From sequence record OY723344.1: a stretch of DNA of 25,537 nucleotides. One strand, 5' to 3'. Position numbers and translations under genes: made by a program. This document shows, one piece after another, positions 19,705 through 25,537 of this stretch (position 1 is the first letter of the stretch; each line of letters begins with the position of its first letter). A model generated the notes under the pieces. The model had not been told where the DNA came from. It ran no database searches and worked only from the letters and a program-made list of their open reading frames with translations.

Positions 19705-20731
19705 GAGTACATCAAATCATGTGTTTCATGTCATCAAATGCATGCAATATCATGATATCTGGTGACTACTGGATACCCTCTATATATCATATAGTACCCG
19801 AATACCTGCAAGGGCGGATCCTTATGGTTCCCCTTGTACGTATATGCTGTAGTACTAGTGTTAGTGGGTACCATAATGAGTACATATTGAGTACTTCATA
19901 TCATCAGATCATGTGTTTCATGTCATCAAATGCATGCCATTACATGATATCTGGTGATTACTGGATACTCCTATATACCATATAGTACTCCATACACCTC
20001 TGCATGGTGTAATGGTACCTATACTCCCCATGTACTGTATACCATAGGATACATGGTACTAATGGTGTGTATGCTGTTGTACTAGTGGTATTAGATGTGC
20101 ATACCTACTCATAATGAGTACTTCATGTCATCAAATCATGTGTTTCATGTCATCAAATGCATGCAATATCATGATATCTGGTGACTACTGGATACCCTCA
20201 TAGATACATATAGTACTCCATACACCTCTGCAATGGTGGTATGTACCTGTATGCCCCATGTACTGTATACTACTGTATACATGGTACTAATGGTGTACAT
20301 GGTGTAGTACTAGTGGTATTAGATGTGTATGCATACTACTAATGAGTACATGTAGACACCACATGCTCTGCAAGTTGGACCTTCTTCCAGTTCCCTTGAG
20401 GGATATGGGGTCCACTGGTACATGGGGTATATACTGCAGGTATCCCCTATACTGTACATAGTACTAGTAATGGTGTATACTGAGTACTTAGTGTGTATAC
20501 ATACTGTTAATGAATACATCGAATCATGTGTTTCATGTCATCAAATGCATGCAAGTACATGATATCTGGTGTCTACTGGATACTCCCTATATACCATATA
20601 GTACTCCATACACCTCTGCATGGTGTAATGGTACCCGTACTCCCCATGTACTGTATACCATAGGATACATGGTACTAATGGTGTGTATGCTGTTGTACTA
20701 GTGGTATTAGATGTGTATACCTACTCATAAT
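19705..20731 (+). repeat. T-monomer block, U5 (five monomers, one strongly divergent)
   Basis: Heads near 19705, 19890, 20117, 20344 (divergent and private) and 20510. The period is mostly 227 bp. Confidence 0.8.
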
Positions 20732-21599
20732 GAGTACTTCATGTCATCAAATGCATGCATTTACATGATGATACTGCTCATGAGTACCTACCCGTAGTAG
20801 TATACATGTAGTATCCATGGTATACATAGTACTCGTAGTGTATGCTGTTAGGCTATGATGTAGGGGTATCCCGTACCCCTCATACCATCCGTGCATACTA
20901 CTAGTATCCTGTATATCCTTAGATACTGTATATGATCATACGTGCAAACCATGTGTTCAGATGTCTCGAAACATGTGTTTTGGTGTCATGACATACACAT
21001 TCTATACTACTAATGAGTACCTATCCATGGTATGTGCTGTAAGGGATACTAGGGGATATGGTGTATACCTCTAATGGGGCATATGCTGCCATTAGGGATG
21101 CCCCCAATACCTGTAGTACTCTGTATAGCTCATTATGCCATGATATGCAATAGTAGTGGATTCGCTCATCTCGACTAGATCATGTCACGAAATGACATGT
21201 TTTGGGAGGTGTGCCGATACCCACTAGTAACACAGATACTGTATGGTATGCAGGTATCCCCATTCCCTCGATAAAGAGGCATCAGGGGATATGCACATGC
21301 CACCAGTACACTAGGGACTCCAAGGGGTGCCAAAAGGGGTCCAAAGTGCTCATTTTAGGGGTACCCGTAAATGGCATAATTGCCCCGATTTCGCGTACTC
21401 AGATTCCTAAGGTCACTGTAAGGAATATGGTCTCCGGCGATGGCATTCCCATTGTGTGCATCCGAAAAGGGCATAAAATGACCCATTTTAGGCACTTTTG
21501 GGCCTTTTGGGGTCGCGAAAGTGCACATTAAGACCCCTAATGTCTCCAAAAGGGTCCAAAATGATGCATTCGTTTTCTGCCTGACTCGGATCCGCCCTT

Positions 21600-21617
21600 C
21601 GCGCGCGCGCGCGTGTG
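21600..21617. repeat. (CG)7(TG)2 tract (U5)
   Basis: Same 18-mer. Confidence 0.95.
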
Positions 21618-22023
21618 TTACTATACACTAAGGGCACACAATTTAGGGGTTCCGAGCACCTCCAGACCCCCAATCCGACACCCTCTGGGATACCCTATCT
21701 GAGGGGTACGGGCCCGAATCCCTTAGGAGCACCTTAGGGATGGCATTGGGGAGGGGTCTGGGAGCACCCAGAAAGGGTCCCAAAACGAGTGATTTAGGGT
21801 CCAAAACACCCATTTTGGGAGGTCTCGGGATACCTCAGATACCCCATTTCTGGAGGTCTTGGGTCCTCAGATCATGGCATCCGTGTCCTCAGATACCTAA
21901 TACCTATGGTCTGCGAGTCCTTAGTACCTATCTGCATGGTCTGTATGCCCGTATCCTCTGTGCCATGTCCTCTGTGCATGTCCTCAGTACCTCTCTGCGA
22001 GTCCTTAGTACCTAATGCCTATA

Positions 22024-22059
22024 CCTATCTGCATACCTATCTGCATACCTATCTGCACA
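22024..22059 (+). repeat. 12-bp minisatellite, 3 copies (U5)
   Basis: Read directly. Confidence 0.95.
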
Positions 22060-22457
22060 GGTCCTCAGATACATCGCGAGCATCTCCAGACCCCCGGATC
22101 TCATGATCTGATGGTCTCCGGATCCGCTCATGGTCTCCAGATCTGCACATCCCCAGACCCCTAATCCGATACCCACAGCATATGGTCTCATAGTATGTAT
22201 CTAATGGTGATGGTATCCATAGTGGTCTGTATCCCTACTACACACACCATGGTATGTAGTGCATATGGTCTGTATGCCCTCATGGTCTCCGGATCCCTGC
22301 ATCCCTGGATCCCATACCCATGGCATCCCAGACCCCCGGATCTCATGATTCCAGACCCCAAATCCATCATTTTGAGACCTCTAAAATCATCATTTTAGAC
22401 CCCAAAACCATGGATTTCAGGTCCTCAGATATGCTCTCCGGGATGCTCGTAATGGTC

Positions 22458-22581
22458 ATAATGGCTCTCAGAGGATATGGGGATACTCCCCGTAGGCCTC
22501 TCGGTAGCCCAGGATGCACGGAGGGACATTCCCTGTGGAGGTGATCTCCTCAGGTATCCCGTATGCCATATCCTGTCATTA
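22458..22581 (+). repeat. c-box, U6 copy 1
   Basis: Offset 3696 from 18762-18885. Confidence 0.9.
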
Positions 22582-22601
22582 GGTACCCATTCCGACCCAT
22601 T

Positions 22602-23008
22602 TGGTGTCCCCAAAATCATCACTTTTGGTGACCAAAGGGGTACCCCTTTGCAACACGTTTTGGGACCCCCTAAAATGGTCACTTTTGGGACCTCTTTAGG
22701 TACCCTTCCCGGCACCCCTTAAGGGCCATCCTTCGAGGAATGGCACCATTTAGGGGGTCTGAAAGGGGGTCAGAAAGGGTGCTAAAAGGGTACATGCATG
22801 AGTACTCACACACCATCTTTAAGGGGTTTCGGGGGTTCTGTATCCCTCGAAGGATCCCCCTTAGTATATGGGGTGGTGTTCCCATGTGCAAAAGGGGCTA
22901 AAAGTGGTGTTTTCGACCCTTTTTGCATGCCAAAACCACCAAAATCGATGGTTTTGAGCACCCCAAATCACTCATTTTGGGGGTTTCGGGCCCTGTCCAA
23001 TACCCTCC
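22602..23008 (+). repeat. L module, beta-specific (U6)
   Basis: Offset 3696 from the U5 L module. It differs by two compensating homopolymer-length changes (g6/g5 and t4/t5). Confidence 0.8.
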
Positions 23009-23106
23009 ATAATGGTCTCTTAGAGGATATGGGGTACTGCATGTAGGCCTCTCGGTAGCCCAGGATGCACGGAGGGACATTCCCTGTGGAGGTGATCTCC
23101 TCAGGT
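23009..23106 (+). repeat. Truncated c-box variant, U6 copy 2
   Basis: Offset 3696 from 19313-19410. Confidence 0.85.
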
Positions 23107-23400
23107 TCCATAATGCCCTAGATGTGCTAATCCCGTGCCGATACCTACTCGCAACACATGTTTTGGGACCCCTAAAACATGTATTTCGACCCATTTGGGG
23201 TCCTCATACCATGGCACCATCCTCTGTGCACATACCATGTATCTAGAGGATGTGGTCTCCATAGGTATCGTGGGCATATCCCCTACCCTATGATATAGGT
23301 ACCATGCAGAGCATGTATACTCCTTATAGCATATGTAGTGATCCCCATGGTGTCTAAGGGATCTGGTGATGTACTGGATATCACCATAATCATGTAATCT

Positions 23401-24134
23401 GAGTACATCAAATCATGTGTTTTCATGTCATCAAATGCATGCAATATCATGATATCTGTGGTCTACTGGATACCCTCTATATATCATATAGTACCCGAAT
23501 ACCTGCAAGGGCGGATCCTTATGGTTCCCCTTGTACGTATATGCTGTAGTACTAGTGTTAGTGGGTACCATAATGAGTACATATTGAGTACTTCATATCA
23601 TCAGATCATGTGTTTCATGTCATCAAATGCATGCCATTACATGATATCTGGTGATTACTGGATACTCCCTATATACCATATAGTACTCCATACACCTCTG
23701 CATGGTGTAATGGTACCTATACTCCCCATGTACTGTATACCATAGGATACATGGTACTAATGGTGTGTATGCTGTTGTACTAGTGGTATTAGATGTGCAT
23801 ACCTACTCATAATGAGTACTTCATGTCATCAAATCATGTGTTTCATGTCATCAAATGCATGCAATATCATGATATCTGGTGACTACTGGATACCCTCATA
23901 GATACATATAGTACTCCATACACCTCTGCATGGTGTAATGGTACCTATACTCCCCATGTACTGTATACCATAGGATACATGGTACTAATGGTGTGTATGG
24001 TGTAGTACTACTGGTATTAGATGTGTGTACCTACTCATAATGAGTACTTCATGTCATCAAATCATGTGTTTTCATGTCATCAAATGCATGCAATATCATG
24101 ATATCTGGTGACTACTGGATACTCCCTAATGGCC
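23401..24134 (+). repeat. T-monomer block, U6 (three monomers plus a truncated fourth)
   Basis: Heads at 23401, 23587, 23814 and 24043. The fourth monomer runs into the c-box at 24135. Confidence 0.8.
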
Positions 24135-24258
24135 ATAATGGCTCCTTAGAGGTATGGGGATACTCCCCGTAGGCCTCTCGGTAGCCTGGATGTGCAGAGA
24201 GGGTATTCCCTGTGGAGGTGGTCTCCTCAGGTATCCCGTATGCCATATCCTGTCATTA
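24135..24258 (+). repeat. c-box, U6 copy 3 (S2 type, with small indels)
   Basis: The sequence ataatggctccttagaggtatggggatactcccc...cctgtcatta is fused directly to the tail block. There is no counterpart at this position in U5. Confidence 0.85.
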
Positions 24259-25537
24259 GATGTGTATACCTACTCATTTCATGTCATCAAATGCATGCAT
24301 TTACATGATGATACTGCTCATGAGTACCTACCCGTAGTAGTATACATGTAGTATCCATGGTATACATAGTACTCGTAGTGTATGCTGTTAGGCTATGATG
24401 TAGGGGTATCCCGTACCCCTCATACCATCCGTGCATACTACTAGTATCCTGTATATCCTTAGATACTGTATATGATCATACGTGCAAACCATGTGTTCAG
24501 ATGTCTCGAAACATGTGTTTTGGTGTCATGACATACACATTCTATACTACTAATGAGTACCTATCCATGGTATGTGCTGTAAGGGATACTAGGGGATATG
24601 GTGTATACCTCTAATGGGGCATATGCTGCCATTAGGGATACCCCCAATACCTGTAGTACTCTGTATAGCTCATTATGCCATGATATGCAATAGTAGTGGA
24701 TTCGCTCATCTCGACTAGATCATGTCACGAAATGACATGTTTTGGGAGGTGTGCCGATACCCACTAGTAACACAGATACTGTATGGTATGCAGGTATCCC
24801 CATTCCCTCGATAAAGAGGCATCAGGGGATATGCACATGCCACCAGTACACTAGGGACTCCAAGGGGTGCCAAAAGGGGTCCAAAAGTGCTCATTTTAGG
24901 GGTACCCGTAAATGGCATAATTGCCCCGATTTCGCGTACTCAGATTCCTAAGGTCACTGTAAGGAATATGGTCTCCGGCGATGGCATTCCCATTGTGTGC
25001 ATCCGGAAAGGGCATAAAATGACCCATTTTAGGCACTTTTGGGCCTTTTGGGGTCGCGAAAGTGCACATTAAGACCCCTAATGTCTCCAAAAGGGTCCAA
25101 AATGATGCATTCGTTTTCTGCCTGACTCGGATCCGCCCTTCGCGCGCGCGCGCGTGTGTTACTATACACTAAGGGCACACAATTTAGGGGTTCCGAGCAC
25201 CTCCAGACCCCCAATCCGACACCCTCTGGGATACCCCATCTGAGGGGTACGGGCCCGAATCCCTTAGGAGCACCTTAGGGATGGCATTGGGGAGGGGTCT
25301 GGGAGCACCCAGAAAGGGTCCCAAAACGAGTGATTTAGGGTCCAAAACACCCATTTTGGGAGGTCTCGGGATACCTCAGATACCCCATTTCTGGAGGTCT
25401 TGGGGTCCTCAGATCATGGCATCCGTGTCCTCAGATACCTAATACCTATGGTCTGCGAGTCCTTAGTACCTATCTGCATGGTCTGTATGCCCGTATCCTC
25501 TGTGCCATGTCCTCTGTGCATGTCCTCAGTACCTAAT
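24259..25537 (+). repeat. Tail block, U6 (cut by the window end)
   Basis: Same block as 20732-22130. The window ends at agtacctaat, before the minisatellite. Confidence 0.85.
25141..25158. repeat. (CG)7(TG)2 tract (U6)
   Basis: Same 18-mer. Confidence 0.95.

Larger units (their letters stand above)
18435..22130. repeat. Unit U5 (beta variant)
   Basis: Phase motif at 18435 and 22131. The leader and tail match alpha units. The first S copy is replaced by c-box + L module + truncated c-box, and the T block is longer. Confidence 0.85.
20732..22130 (+). repeat. Tail block, U5
   Basis: Same block, with a truncated head and scattered substitutions (e.g. acactagggactcc instead of acactaagggatcc). 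Confidence 0.85.
1..25537. repeat. Composite non-coding tandem array of six 3.7-5.4 kb units, continuing past both window edges
   Basis: The same ORF-track peptides recur at fixed offsets (e.g. MLMGVPPRALF at 736, 3648, 6172, 7458, 9936, 12848, 15372, 16658). Direct reading confirms the repeated blocks. No ORF exceeds 172 aa in any frame. Confidence 0.95.
22131..25537. repeat. Unit U6 (beta variant, truncated by the window end)
   Basis: Offset 3696 from U5 up to about 23400. The T block then differs, and a third c-box is present at 24135-24258. Confidence 0.85.

Noticed and set aside
1-25537. rDNA intergenic spacer or rRNA-containing repeat.
   Set aside because: I could not find any of the universally conserved SSU, LSU or 5S rRNA sequence blocks on either strand. 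Spacer-promoter-like duplication of the c-box is compatible with an intergenic spacer, but nothing in the window anchors it to rRNA genes.

Overview
I see no credible protein-coding gene, rRNA, tRNA or CRISPR array in this 25.5 kb window. The whole window is one composite, hierarchically nested, apparently non-coding tandem-repeat array that runs off both edges.

**Units.** With phase set arbitrarily at the motif tggtctccagatctgc there are six units: U1 1-5434, U2 5435-9200, U3 9201-14634, U4 14635-18434, U5 18435-22130 and U6 22131-25537 (cut by the window end).

**Higher-order repeat.** U1+U2 and U3+U4 form a 9.2 kb higher-order repeat. The two copies are offset by exactly 9200 bp and are almost identical. 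In spot checks I found one substitution (8848 t / 18048 c) before the copies diverge by indels in a minisatellite zone (9095-9160 vs 18295-18400). U5 and U6 are a second (beta) unit variant.

**Unit contents.**
- A 771-bp sub-repeat S occurs twice per alpha unit (period 1286 bp). Each copy opens with a 124-bp strongly conserved 'c-box', which has 13 copies in the window.
- Blocks of roughly 190-230-bp T monomers each start with the head motif catgtcatc-aaatcatgtgtttt-catgtcatcaaatgcatgc.
- A tail block of about 1.4 kb occurs once per unit. It carries a (CG)7(TG)2 tract and a 12-bp minisatellite with 4/2/4/3/3 copies.
- A 21-22-bp dyad-symmetric box (GGNCC-AAAA-N-TTTTAGG) is scattered through several modules.

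**The one non-array segment.** A 1.7 kb insert (1187-2886, identical twin at 10387-12086) is bounded by 100-bp imperfect inverted repeats. It encloses about 1.5 kb of unique, ORF-poor sequence. It looks like a non-autonomous TIR/foldback element or an inverted-duplication scar around captured DNA.

**ORFs.** Every ORF in the supplied track lies inside repeats. The longest is 172 aa. Reading frames are broken between paralogous copies by 1-bp indels.

**Limits.** The source organism cannot be identified from the sequence. The architecture resembles eukaryote-style satellite or higher-order-repeat DNA; in a prokaryote or virus an ORF-free block this size would itself be unusual. I do not see evidence for a defined novel functional system. 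The best follow-up targets are the inverted-repeat-bounded insert, the c-box and the dyad box. All coordinates and mismatch counts come from alignment by eye and should be recomputed.
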